Shown piece by piece: positions 18,459 to 27,719 of a stretch of 54,845 nucleotides of DNA. Below the pieces are notes generated by a model that was not told the origin of the DNA, did not search any database, and saw only the letters and a program-made list of their open reading frames with translations. The DNA is taken from NCBI GenBank assembly GCA_947631105.1, contig CANRKD010000001.1, forward strand, positions 1 to 54,845, given 5' to 3'. Every line of letters begins with the position of its first letter. The first letter of the stretch is position 1. The DNA is from an uncultured Bacilli bacterium. GTDB lineage: Bacteria; Bacillota_I; Bacilli_A; RF39; UBA660. A program made the translations under genes and the position numbers.

Positions 18459-18560
18459 ATGAAAAAGAATGTTAGAAAAATTGTTGTTTGGATTATGTTA
18501 ATTGCAATGATTGCTAGTGTTTTTGCTTCGCTTGTTAGTGTTATTCTGAGCTCAAAATAG
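18459..18560 (+). CDS. small membrane peptide, DUF4044-like (33 aa), below the ORF-track cutoff
   Basis: AGAGGTG lies 8 nt upstream. My translation is MKKNVRKIVVWIMLIAMIASVFASLVSVILSSK. A clean terminator follows directly. Confidence 0.55.
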   Translation: MKKNVRKIVVWIMLIAMIASVFASLVSVILSSK

Positions 18561-18579
18561 ACCACAAATGGTCTTTTTT
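18559..18579 (+). terminator. intrinsic terminator
   Basis: The structure is AGACCA-caaa-TGGTCT followed by TTTTT. Confidence 0.7.
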
Positions 18580-18641
18580 CTTGTCATAATTTTAGTTCTA
18601 TTATATAATTATAGAAAGAATAAGAAGGCTTAGGTGATAGA

Positions 18642-19919
18642 ATGTTTAAGGAATTTGATTATGAAAAACTCCCAGTAGTTGATATAGTCAATGAAATGAT
18701 AACTGATGCTGCTAAAAGAAGGGCTAGCGATATTCATTTTGATCCTACTCCAACTATTTTAAAGGTACGTATTCGTGTCGATGGAGAATTAACAGATTAT
18801 GCCGAAGTACCTGAGTCTTTAAAAAATCCTTTAATTACTAGAATCAAAATTATCTCTGGGATGAACATTACGGAATCTCGTCTACCGCAAGATGGTGCCA
18901 TAAAAAATATAATGGAAGATTCTGATTTAGATTTACGTGTTTCTACTCTTCCCATTGTTTATGGAGAAAAAGTTGTTATTCGTATATTAGATTATAGTAT
19001 GAGTGCTAATGGTTTGGAAGCTTTAGGGTTTTCTGCAATAAATTTTGAAAAAGTTAAAAAATTGATTGAAATACCGAGTGGAATTTTATTAATAACAGGA
19101 GCTACAGGTACAGGTAAATCGACAACTGTTTATTCAATGTTACAATCTTTAAATACTGCTGAACGAAATATTATTACAGTAGAAGATCCCGTAGAAATGA
19201 AATTATCTGGAATTAATCAAGTACAAACAATGAGTGAAATTGGCTTAACTTTTGCTAATGCTTTGCGTAGTATTTTAAGACAAGATCCAGACATTATTAT
19301 GATTGGGGAAATACGTGATGATGAAACAGCAAGAATTGCAGTACGTGCATCTATAACAGGACATTTAGTATTATCTACTCTACATACGAATAACTCTTTA
19401 AATACAATTGAAAGATTACTAGATATGGATGTTGAAAGATATTTGTTAGGATCTGCTTTAGCAGGAGTTATAAGTCAAAGATTAGTAAAAAAATTATGTC
19501 CTAAATGTCGTAGTTCTAGAAAAGCTACTGATTATGAAAAAAACGTTTTTAAAATTGTTTTAGGAATGGAGATTAGTGATATCTATACGCCAGTAGGTTG
19601 CGATGAATGTTACAAAGGATATAAAGGCAGAATTGCCATTCAAGAAGTATTAATGATAGATCAATCTATACGTGATGCCATTACAAATAACATTAGAAAA
19701 GATGAACTAAGAAAATTAGTATATGCTGAAAACTCCACTATTACCCTTTTACAAGACGGTTTAACTAAAGTTATAGAAGGATTAACGAGTTTTGAAGAAA
19801 TTTTAAAAGTTATTGATATAGAAGATGATTTAGGTCAAGATGACGAAAGTATAAAAAATGCTTTAATGGGTAAAATTGATGAAAGTTTCTCAAATAATAA
19901 TAATATAGAAATATTATAA
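18642..19919 (+). CDS. pilB: type IV pilus / competence pseudopilus assembly ATPase (GspE/PilB/ComGA family)
   Basis: Walker A is GATGTGKST. The Asp box VEDPVE, Walker B DPDIIMIGEIRD and His box TGHLVLSTLHTN are all present. A tetracysteine motif is present (CPKC...CDEC). Confidence 0.88.
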   Translation: MFKEFDYEKLPVVDIVNEMITDAAKRRASDIHFDPTPTILKVRIRVDGELTDYAEVPESLKNPLITRIKIISGMNITESRLPQDGAIKNIMEDSDLDLRVSTLPIVYGEKVVIRILDYSMSANGLEALGFSAINFEKVKKLIEIPSGILLITGATGTGKSTTVYSMLQSLNTAERNIITVEDPVEMKLSGINQVQTMSEIGLTFANALRSILRQDPDIIMIGEIRDDETARIAVRASITGHLVLSTLHTNNSLNTIERLLDMDVERYLLGSALAGVISQRLVKKLCPKCRSSRKATDYEKNVFKIVLGMEISDIYTPVGCDECYKGYKGRIAIQEVLMIDQSIRDAITNNIRKDELRKLVYAENSTITLLQDGLTKVIEGLTSFEEILKVIDIEDDLGQDDESIKNALMGKIDESFSNNNNIEIL

Positions 19920-19946
19920 AAAGGCGAAATATAGATTCGCCTTTTT
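19920..19946. terminator. bidirectional terminator between pilB and the prepilin peptidase gene
   Basis: AAAGGCGAA-atataga-TTCGCCTTT forms a 9-bp stem flanked by A and T runs. Confidence 0.7.
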
Positions 19947-20697
19947 ATATAAAATAAAGTAAATATTTAAATTTTTCATAAAAGAAATAAATAAGATATA
20001 AACCACTGACTAAAAAAGGACCAAAAGGAACTTCTTTATTTTCTTTTATATACATAGTAGCAACTGCATATGGTAAAGCAATAAAAGTTGCTAAAATTAA
20101 AGAAATCATAGAAAATTTATAACCTAAAATTAAACCAACTATAAATTGAAATTTAATATCTCCCCCACCTAAAGATTCTCTTTTAAAGATGGCATTCCCA
20201 ATTTGCCTTATTAAAAGCATAGTTAAAAAAGCTAAAATCCCTTGTAAAATGCTAAATAATGCTTCTGTTAAACCAAATGAATACCATTTAAGACAAATAA
20301 TAAGGATTGAAAAAATAATTAAAGGCGAATCTAAAATAATCATATATTTAAAATCAGTTATAAAAATTAAAACCAATAATGAAGATATAATTAAATAAAT
20401 ACAAAATTCATAAGTTAAACCAAATTTTAAATACCCAACTAAAAATAATATACCTGTAAATAATTCATAAATGATATATTCTTTGCTAATTTTTTTATGG
20501 CAAGAGTGACATTTTCCTTTTAATATTAAATAAGACACTATAGGAATTAATTCATAAGGTTTCAAAACATGATTACAATAAGTACAGTGGCTTCTCGGTG
20601 ATATTAATGATTCGTTATTCGAAAGTCGTGTCCCAACCACATAATAAAATGATCCAAAAATAGTTCCTATAATAAAGATAAAAATACTATTCATCAT
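19945..20697 (-). CDS. pilD: prepilin peptidase (A24 family; PilD/ComC)
   Basis: An N-terminal Cys pair motif is present (CTYCNH...CHSC). The catalytic Asp contexts ITDFKYMIILD and GGGDIKF are present. The protein is multi-pass. Confidence 0.88.
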   Translation of the reverse strand: MMNSIFIFIIGTIFGSFYYVVGTRLSNNESLISPRSHCTYCNHVLKPYELIPIVSYLILKGKCHSCHKKISKEYIIYELFTGILFLVGYLKFGLTYEFCIYLIISSLLVLIFITDFKYMIILDSPLIIFSILIICLKWYSFGLTEALFSILQGILAFLTMLLIRQIGNAIFKRESLGGGDIKFQFIVGLILGYKFSMISLILATFIALPYAVATMYIKENKEVPFGPFLVSGLYLIYFFYEKFKYLLYFI

Positions 20698-20712
20698 AAT
20701 TACCTGCTCCCC

Positions 20713-22206
20713 CTACGCTTCTAACTGGCTCATTAAACCAAACATTGGTACAATAACAGCCAATATAATAATACCTACTACAAATGCCAATAATGAAATC
20801 AAAATAGGCTCAATAAACGATTTTAAATTAGTAACGATGCTTCTATGCATTTCAGCATAATACTCACTTACCTTTTTCATCATTTCAGCTAATTGACCAG
20901 TTGACTCTCCTGTAACAAGCATATAATAAGCTACATCTGGGATAGCCCAATGATCTTTAAAAGAAGTGGATATTTTATCTCCTTTAACAATATTTTTTAT
21001 GGTTTCATTCATTATATCTTTATAAATTTCATTGTTAGTTATTTTACTTAAAATATCCATACTATCTGTTATAAAAACATTATTTGCTAACAATGAAGAA
21101 AATGTTTTGGTAAATATTGTCAGCTCTTTATAAATAATAACCTTACTAATTACAGGGGTATGCATGAGAGCATACTGAATATTTTTTCGAAAAGCTTTAA
21201 TATATTTATAACAATAATAAAGAATTAAAACTACTAATACAATCACTAAGCCTACAAACCATATATTATGTTGTAAATAATCACTTAGGTGAATAATCAT
21301 TAAAGTTAAGCCATTAATTTCTGCATCAGATTCTTCATAAATGGATACAAATTGAGGAATTACATATAATAAAATAAAAGTGATGACAGCAATAGAAAAA
21401 ATTAATATGATTGTTGGATAAGTAATAGCACTAATCATTTGTTTTCTCGTTTTTTCAACCTCTTGGTAGTAATTCGCCATATCTGTTAATGTTTCCTCTA
21501 ATTCCCCAGTAGCCTCTGCAGCGCGAATCATATTAATTAATAATGCCGGAAACATTGAACCTTGTTTTTCTAAGGCTTTAGAAAAAGATTCACCTAAAGT
21601 TAATTCATAAATAATTGATTGAAAAGCTTTACGATATTGTTTTTTATTATTCATCTGATTATTCAATATTTTTATTGATTCAGTTAAAGAAATTCCACTT
21701 TTTATATAAGTTGAAAGCTGAGTAAGCCAAAATAATAAATCTTTATTAGATAATTTTGCTGAAAATAAAACAGATCCATACAAAAAATCCACTTTTTTAT
21801 CCGATTTAATATCATAAACAATATAATCTTCTTGTAATAAAAAAGTATTTACATCTAGTTTAGAATAGCCATTAATTGTACCCGTTTCTATTTTGCCATT
21901 TTTGTTTTTTGCTTTATACCAAAATATTTTAGGTTCTTGACTACGCTCGCTTCCTTCATTTTGCAAATCAATAAGTAAAGCTTGGCGTTGTTTTTCTAAT
22001 TTTTCTTCTTGTTTTTTAGCTATTTTAGGGGCATAAAATTTATCATAAGGCACTTTTATAAGATCTATAGTAATAAATTTTATTCCTCGAATAGCAAAAT
22101 GGAAAATATCACTAATAATTAGTATGACATATTTAAAAAATAATATAAATGAAGTAATAGGAAGTACTAAAATATTGCTATGATTGTCTAATGTTTTTTT
22201 AGCCAT
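20713..22206 (-). CDS. pilC: type IV pilus / type II secretion platform protein (GspF/PilC/ComGB family)
   Basis: Two T2SSF-type repeats with 3 or more TM helices. 497 aa, including an extra N-terminal hydrophobic segment of about 90 aa. Confidence 0.85.
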   Translation of the reverse strand: MAKKTLDNHSNILVLPITSFILFFKYVILIISDIFHFAIRGIKFITIDLIKVPYDKFYAPKIAKKQEEKLEKQRQALLIDLQNEGSERSQEPKIFWYKAKNKNGKIETGTINGYSKLDVNTFLLQEDYIVYDIKSDKKVDFLYGSVLFSAKLSNKDLLFWLTQLSTYIKSGISLTESIKILNNQMNNKKQYRKAFQSIIYELTLGESFSKALEKQGSMFPALLINMIRAAEATGELEETLTDMANYYQEVEKTRKQMISAITYPTIILIFSIAVITFILLYVIPQFVSIYEESDAEINGLTLMIIHLSDYLQHNIWFVGLVIVLVVLILYYCYKYIKAFRKNIQYALMHTPVISKVIIYKELTIFTKTFSSLLANNVFITDSMDILSKITNNEIYKDIMNETIKNIVKGDKISTSFKDHWAIPDVAYYMLVTGESTGQLAEMMKKVSEYYAEMHRSIVTNLKSFIEPILISLLAFVVGIIILAVIVPMFGLMSQLEA

Positions 22207-22457
22207 ATTATTTACTTCCTTTCTATTCTTATTTCAATTATAACATAGATATTTATTTTTTCATATAAAATAGAATACGTTTTTTACTTTACTTTTAAAA
22301 TACTATTATAGTTAAATTATATATGAAATGAAAAACAAAAAGCAATTTTAGGGAACCATTTTAACTCTTTATATTATAGCATAAATTATTAATGTTCTAA
22401 CATAAAAATAAGCAATAAATATTTTTAATAGCATAAAATAAAAATAAGGTGATATAT

Positions 22458-22727
22458 ATGCTAAATGGCTTAGGAATAACTAGAGGATTTACCCTTTCAA
22501 GAATTATTAGTGGTTTATCCAAAACTTTGCAAATGGCAAATCAAATTATTCCACTATATCAAAAAGCACGTCCAGCAATCCAAAACGCTAGAAATATGTT
22601 AGGTATTTTAAAAGAAATGAATAAGTCTAGTGATAAAGTAAATCAAAATCAAGGTAATTCAAAATCACAAACTTTAAATAGCACAAAAGAAAAAACGTTT
22701 TCTGATACACCAACGTTTTTTCTATAA
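22458..22727 (+). CDS. YqfQ-like small protein (89 aa)
   Basis: AAGGTGA lies 5 nt before the ATG at 22458. The motif LSKTLQMANQIIPLYQKARPAIQN resembles YqfQ-family proteins. Its position beside trmK-sigA-dnaG matches the Bacillus yqf region. Confidence 0.5.
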   Translation: MLNGLGITRGFTLSRIISGLSKTLQMANQIIPLYQKARPAIQNARNMLGILKEMNKSSDKVNQNQGNSKSQTLNSTKEKTFSDTPTFFL

Positions 22728-23366
22728 ATATTTTTGTAATAATTTTATTTGATAAAATAATTGAAATTTTCGTTTAAAATTTTTGAGAAAAGATATATTT
22801 CGATATATTTTGGTTAATTTTGCATACAAGAAATAATAATAGTCTATATTTGCTTTATTATATTTTCCAAAAAGAATTTCTCTTTTTGATGAATGTATTT
22901 TATTTTTTGTATACTCTCCTATAACATAAAAGTGATTTTTTTCATATATTATTTTTTCTTGTTGCAAATAAAAATGAAGTTTTTTTAATTCTTTTCTTAA
23001 AGTAGGTAAATCATTATTCGATTGAATAATTAATTTTTGTAAATCAAAATTTTTCGAATTTTGGAGAATATGTAAAACGTTTTGTGTCCCCATCCCTGCA
23101 ATTATTACCGTGTTTATTTCAAAATCATCTACTTGATTTAACCCATCGGATAAATAAGTTTTAATTTTTTGATTTAAATGTTTTTTTTTAATATTTTTTT
23201 TAGCAATTTTTAAAGCATTTTCATTGATATCTGTGGCAATTATTTTTTCACATAAATTATGCTCAGCAAGAAAACAAGAAAGATAAGCATGATCACAACC
23301 AATATCTGCTACTCGATCTTGTTTTTTTATAAATGAGGCTAATGTAGCCAAACGTAAACTTTTCAT
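22722..23366 (-). CDS. trmK: tRNA (adenine22-N1)-methyltransferase
   Basis: The N-terminus LATLASFIKKQDRVADIGCDHAYLSCFL is the TrmK/YqfN SAM-binding signature. The gene lies directly downstream of sigA. Confidence 0.85.
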   Translation of the reverse strand: MKSLRLATLASFIKKQDRVADIGCDHAYLSCFLAEHNLCEKIIATDINENALKIAKKNIKKKHLNQKIKTYLSDGLNQVDDFEINTVIIAGMGTQNVLHILQNSKNFDLQKLIIQSNNDLPTLRKELKKLHFYLQQEKIIYEKNHFYVIGEYTKNKIHSSKREILFGKYNKANIDYYYFLYAKLTKIYRNISFLKNFKRKFQLFYQIKLLQKYL

Positions 23367-24464
23367 TTATTCTGATAAAAAATCCTTTAATTTTTTTGCA
23401 CGTGAAGGATGTCTTAATTTTCTTAATGCTTTTGCTTCAATTTGTCGAATACGTTCACGTGTAACGTTAAATTTTTTACCAACCTCTTCTAATGTATGGC
23501 TTGTCCCATCAATTAATCCAAAACGAAGTTCTAATACTTCTTGTTCTCGTTCTTGTAAGGTTTCCAAAACCGCTTTAATCTCTTCTTTTAATATTTCATT
23601 TGTCGTATATTCTTCAGGAGTCATTGTATTTACATCTTTTACAAAATCTCCTAAATGTGAATCATCTTCCTCACCAATTGGAGTTTCTAAAGATACGGGA
23701 TCTTGACTAATTTTAATCACTTCCCTTACCTTTTCAACAGTAATTCCCATTTTTTTCGCAATTTCTTCTTCGGTAGGTTCACGATTTAATTCTAATGTCA
23801 ATTGTCTTTGAATTCTAGCCATTTTATTAATTGTTTCAACCATATGAACAGGGACACGAATAGTACGCGCTTGATCTGCTAAAGCTCTTGTGATTGCTTG
23901 TCGAATCCACCAAGTAGCATATGTAGAAAATTTAAATCCTTTATCATAATCAAATTTATCTACTGCTTTCATAAGCCCGATATTACCTTCTTGTATTAAA
24001 TCTAAAAATAATAGTCCTCGTCCTACATAACGTTTAGCAATACTTACAACAAGACGTAAATTCGATTCTGCTAATATATTTTTGGCCATTTCATCACCAG
24101 TAGCAGCACGTTTTGATAAACTTAGTTCTTCTTCTGGAGATAAAAGGCTAATTTTTCCTATTTCTTTTAAATACATACGAACTGGATCATTAATATTAAC
24201 ATCCTTTGTAATTTCAGCATCATCTAAAATTAAAGGTTCATCTTTATTTTCAAGTTTTTTTCCCTCATCGCCATCCTCTTCATCTTCTGCGACAATTTCA
24301 ATGTTATTTTCCACAAATAAATTGTACAATTCATCTAAAGAATCATTATCTACATCTAATCCTTTTAAACTTTCTGCCAACTCTTCAAAGGTAATAAATC
24401 CATTTTCTTTTCCTTTTTTTAATAACTCTTCTTTTCTTTCTTCTAATGTTTTAATAACTTTCAT
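23367..24464 (-). CDS. sigA: primary RNA polymerase sigma factor
   Basis: Region 2.4 ([13 protein letters not shown]), regions 3 and 4.2, and an acidic region 1 are present. The start overlaps the end of dnaG. Confidence 0.95.
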   Translation of the reverse strand: MKVIKTLEERKEELLKKGKENGFITFEELAESLKGLDVDNDSLDELYNLFVENNIEIVAEDEEDGDEGKKLENKDEPLILDDAEITKDVNINDPVRMYLKEIGKISLLSPEEELSLSKRAATGDEMAKNILAESNLRLVVSIAKRYVGRGLLFLDLIQEGNIGLMKAVDKFDYDKGFKFSTYATWWIRQAITRALADQARTIRVPVHMVETINKMARIQRQLTLELNREPTEEEIAKKMGITVEKVREVIKISQDPVSLETPIGEEDDSHLGDFVKDVNTMTPEEYTTNEILKEEIKAVLETLQEREQEVLELRFGLIDGTSHTLEEVGKKFNVTRERIRQIEAKALRKLRHPSRAKKLKDFLSE

Positions 24465-26205
24465 TTTCTACACTTCCTTTTTTTAGTTCAGCTATTTTTT
24501 CCGTAATTTCTATTTTTTTATTTATATCAAATTCTTTTTGTAATAGTTCTTTTAATTCTTTAATTTTTTTCTCCTTAATTATTTTATTAAATTTTACTAA
24601 TAATTCATTAAACGCATTTTCTGACAATTCTTTCATATTATTTTCTTTTATAATATTCATAATTTCTTCTTTTAAATTATTATTCTCAATATATGTGATA
24701 AAATCCGCTAAATTTATAGAATTGTTAGATTCATAATAATAAATTATTTCATTTGCAATAGAACGATCTTTTTTTTCCGGGAAAATTCCTAATTGTTTTT
24801 GATACATCTCAATATATTTTCTATCATTCATCATAAAAAATAATATTTCATTAATAATTCTTTGCAAATTACTTTTTTTAGAAATTTGTTTCTCCTCTTT
24901 TTTCTCATATATTACTGATTTTTCTTTTTTTTCACTATTTAATTGATTTTTTAAAACAGTATAAGAAATATTATAATCATTACTTAATTTTTGTAAAGTA
25001 ACTTCTTTTAAAATGTCGTCATTTGTATTATTTAAACTATTAATTATAGTTTTAATATAATCAGCCAAATCAGCAGCATCATTTAAATTTTTATTTTTCT
25101 TAAAATAGTTTAATTTAAAATCAATAAAAGATATAGCATTTTTTATATTTTGCAACATAGATTCTTTACCATTTTTTAAAATATATTCATCCGGATCTTT
25201 TTCCCCACTCAATCGTACAATTTCAAAATTCAAGTGATTTTCTTCTAGTAAATTTCCAATGGTTAAGGTGGCATTTTCACCAGCTTCATCATTATCTAAC
25301 ATAAGGATAATTTTAACATGTAATTTTTGTAAAGCAAAAATCTGTTCTTTTGTTAGGCTTGTCCCCATTAAAGCTATTACATTTTTTATTCCATTAGCAT
25401 ATAAACGAATGGCATCCATATTTCCTTCAACAATAATTATTTCTTTATTAAGACGAATATCATTTTTTGCCCGATGATAATTAAATAAAATAGCGCCTTT
25501 TTTAAATATAATCGTTTCTTTCGTATTTAAATATTTTGGACCATTTTCATTTTCTAAATAGTTACGGGCTGTAAAACCAACTACACGACCTTCTAAATCA
25601 TGAATAGGAAACATAATTCGATTTTGAAAAACATCCGCAATAGTTGTGTTCTTTTTATTTATTAATCCCAATTCTTCTAACATATTTTCTTTAAAATTTT
25701 TATTAATTAAAATTTGATATAATGTATTTTTAGTTAGGGACAATCCTATTTCAAATTCCTTAATTACGGCTTCATTTAACCCTCTTTGATTTAAATATTC
25801 TACGGCCTTTTTTCCTTCTAAAGTATTTAAATTATTCTGAAAAAACTTCATTGATAATTCCATAATTTCATATTCAGTTTTATATTTACTTTCTTTTTTG
25901 GGCAAAAAATTAGACTCAACATTTATTCCTACTTTATTCGCAATATTTATTACTGCTTCGAAAAAAGAAATATTTAAATAATTTTGAACAAATGTAAAAA
26001 CATTGCCCGTTGCTCCACATGAAAAACATTTATATATTTGTTTTTCTTCAGAAACACTCATACTTGGTGAATGATCTTCATGAAAAGGACAGACTCCAAA
26101 ATAATTTTTTCCTTTCTGAGTAAGAGGAATATAGGAAGATATAATGTCTACTATAGATGTAGCAGCTCGTATTTTATTTATTTCATTTTGTGAGATAAAA
26201 GCCAT
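24451..26205 (-). CDS. dnaG: DNA primase
   Basis: A zinc ribbon is present ([13 protein letters not shown]...CFSCG). TOPRIM elements are present ([14 protein letters not shown]). 584 aa. Confidence 0.93.
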   Translation of the reverse strand: MAFISQNEINKIRAATSIVDIISSYIPLTQKGKNYFGVCPFHEDHSPSMSVSEEKQIYKCFSCGATGNVFTFVQNYLNISFFEAVINIANKVGINVESNFLPKKESKYKTEYEIMELSMKFFQNNLNTLEGKKAVEYLNQRGLNEAVIKEFEIGLSLTKNTLYQILINKNFKENMLEELGLINKKNTTIADVFQNRIMFPIHDLEGRVVGFTARNYLENENGPKYLNTKETIIFKKGAILFNYHRAKNDIRLNKEIIIVEGNMDAIRLYANGIKNVIALMGTSLTKEQIFALQKLHVKIILMLDNDEAGENATLTIGNLLEENHLNFEIVRLSGEKDPDEYILKNGKESMLQNIKNAISFIDFKLNYFKKNKNLNDAADLADYIKTIINSLNNTNDDILKEVTLQKLSNDYNISYTVLKNQLNSEKKEKSVIYEKKEEKQISKKSNLQRIINEILFFMMNDRKYIEMYQKQLGIFPEKKDRSIANEIIYYYESNNSINLADFITYIENNNLKEEIMNIIKENNMKELSENAFNELLVKFNKIIKEKKIKELKELLQKEFDINKKIEITEKIAELKKGSVENESY

Positions 26206-26261
26206 AAAAAATCCTCCTAATCTTATATATTACACTCTCTAAGCAAATTTCCTTTTTTTAT

Positions 26262-26299
26262 AAAAAAAAATACAATCTTTTGTCAAAAAAATTGTATTT
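26262..26299 (-). terminator. intrinsic terminator after the sortase-like gene
   Basis: On the minus strand the structure is AAATACAAT-(14 nt)-ATTGTATTT followed by T9. Confidence 0.6.
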
Positions 26300-26734
26300 T
26301 TAGCTTATTTTTTCCAATTTTCCACTATAATTTGCTGATATAAAAAATTGAACATTATTTGACGGAAAAGTAATTAAAAGAGTTTTATCTTTCCCAAAAT
26401 TATCTAACAAATCATTTTTATTTTCTTGAATATGAGTAATTTGATAAATTAATATTTCTGTTTTAGTAATTATTTTTATTTTATCCCTAATTTTTAATTT
26501 TTTTACAATTGTACTATATTTCTCAGAATTTTTTAAAATAATTTGCAAATATTTGTCATTCCTATTTGTTTCTAAATAGCTTTTATTTAATTGATTCCAA
26601 AATATTGGTTCTGATAAATTAATTACAGGAATTGTTAAATGGCCAAACTGTCTTTGTAACACTTTTTGAGCAATTAAAAATAAAGTTATAAATCCAAAAA
26701 TTATAATTATAATCCATTTTTTTCTTTTATACAT
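26300..26734 (-). CDS. membrane-anchored sortase-fold protein lacking the catalytic Cys/His (pseudo-sortase), 144 aa
   Basis: AAGGAG lies 5 nt before the ATG at 26734, followed by an N-terminal TM. HLTIPVINLSEPIF resembles the sortase IPxIxxxxPI strand. KDKTLLITFPS aligns with the sortase (Q)LTLITC active-site strand, with Phe in place of Cys. I see no GH/AGH His segment. Confidence 0.4.
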   Translation of the reverse strand: MYKRKKWIIIIIFGFITLFLIAQKVLQRQFGHLTIPVINLSEPIFWNQLNKSYLETNRNDKYLQIILKNSEKYSTIVKKLKIRDKIKIITKTEILIYQITHIQENKNDLLDNFGKDKTLLITFPSNNVQFFISANYSGKLEKIS

Positions 26735-26804
26735 TTCTTCTCCTTGTATAGAAAGGTGTAGCAAAATTATAATATAATTGTTAAAAATACTCAAAAAGCA
26801 AAAA

Positions 26805-27719
26805 TTATTTATTTCCTTGCACTTTAATATTATTTATTTTTAAAAATTTATTTTCAAAACAAAAATTTAATAATAATAAAATGAGATTTGCTAAAAGAAT
26901 AGAAAAATAAATACCGTTATGAAAATTACTTACTAACGAAAATGGTAAAATTGATATTCCGATAATTACACTGTATATAAATTTTTCTTTCCTTCTATAA
27001 GGTGAATAATTTGAGAAAGGTGCTACAAAAACAAGAGCAAACAATATATTGCTTTGTAAAGTATTTAATAAAATAAATGTCATATTTTTATGTAAAAATG
27101 CATAAATTAATACAGTAATTAGATAAATTCCATAACTATAAAGTGGAATTTCTTTTTTATAATATTCATCTGATTCAAATAAAATAAGAGCAATTAAAAT
27201 TAAAAGAATACTTGAAGTAAATAAACTACTAATGTTATGTCCCATAATATTATTAATAAAAGTATATTTAAAATAGCCACTTTTTTCTAAAAAATTTTCA
27301 TAATTACAATTTTTAAAAACAGATAAAATGAAAATAATAATTGTTTTAGCTCCGGCAATAAAATTAAAACAACTATTTTTCTTATGTACTAATAAGTAAT
27401 TATAAAAAAGAAGTAACCCATTTAAAAAAATGATATAAAATAATATGTTTATTGAAATAGGGATAATCATAGAAAATAATAAACTAAAAAAACGACTATT
27501 AAAATATTCTTGATTATTATATAATTTATCAAAAATCCACCCTATTCCATAACTTAAAATAGGAATAATAAATACAATAATCATATCACTTAAAGAAGAA
27601 TAATTTTTATAAAATGGTAGAAATCCATTTTTATAATAACCATATAAAATTAATAATAACATCATCAAATAATATTTTTGTTTAAGGGAAAATGAAATTT
27701 TTTTATGCAATCTACTCAT
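26805..27719 (-). CDS. polytopic membrane protein, weakly RnfD/NqrB-like (304 aa)
   Basis: AGGTGA lies 5 nt before the ATG at 27719, and the start overlaps the stop of the upstream RnfC-like gene by 8 nt. It has about 8-10 hydrophobic helices. The RnfD assignment rests on the partner gene and on size, and I see no clear FMN-attachment motif. Confidence 0.3.
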   Translation of the reverse strand: MSRLHKKISFSLKQKYYLMMLLLILYGYYKNGFLPFYKNYSSLSDMIIVFIIPILSYGIGWIFDKLYNNQEYFNSRFFSLLFSMIIPISINILFYIIFLNGLLLFYNYLLVHKKNSCFNFIAGAKTIIIFILSVFKNCNYENFLEKSGYFKYTFINNIMGHNISSLFTSSILLILIALILFESDEYYKKEIPLYSYGIYLITVLIYAFLHKNMTFILLNTLQSNILFALVFVAPFSNYSPYRRKEKFIYSVIIGISILPFSLVSNFHNGIYFSILLANLILLLLNFCFENKFLKINNIKVQGNK

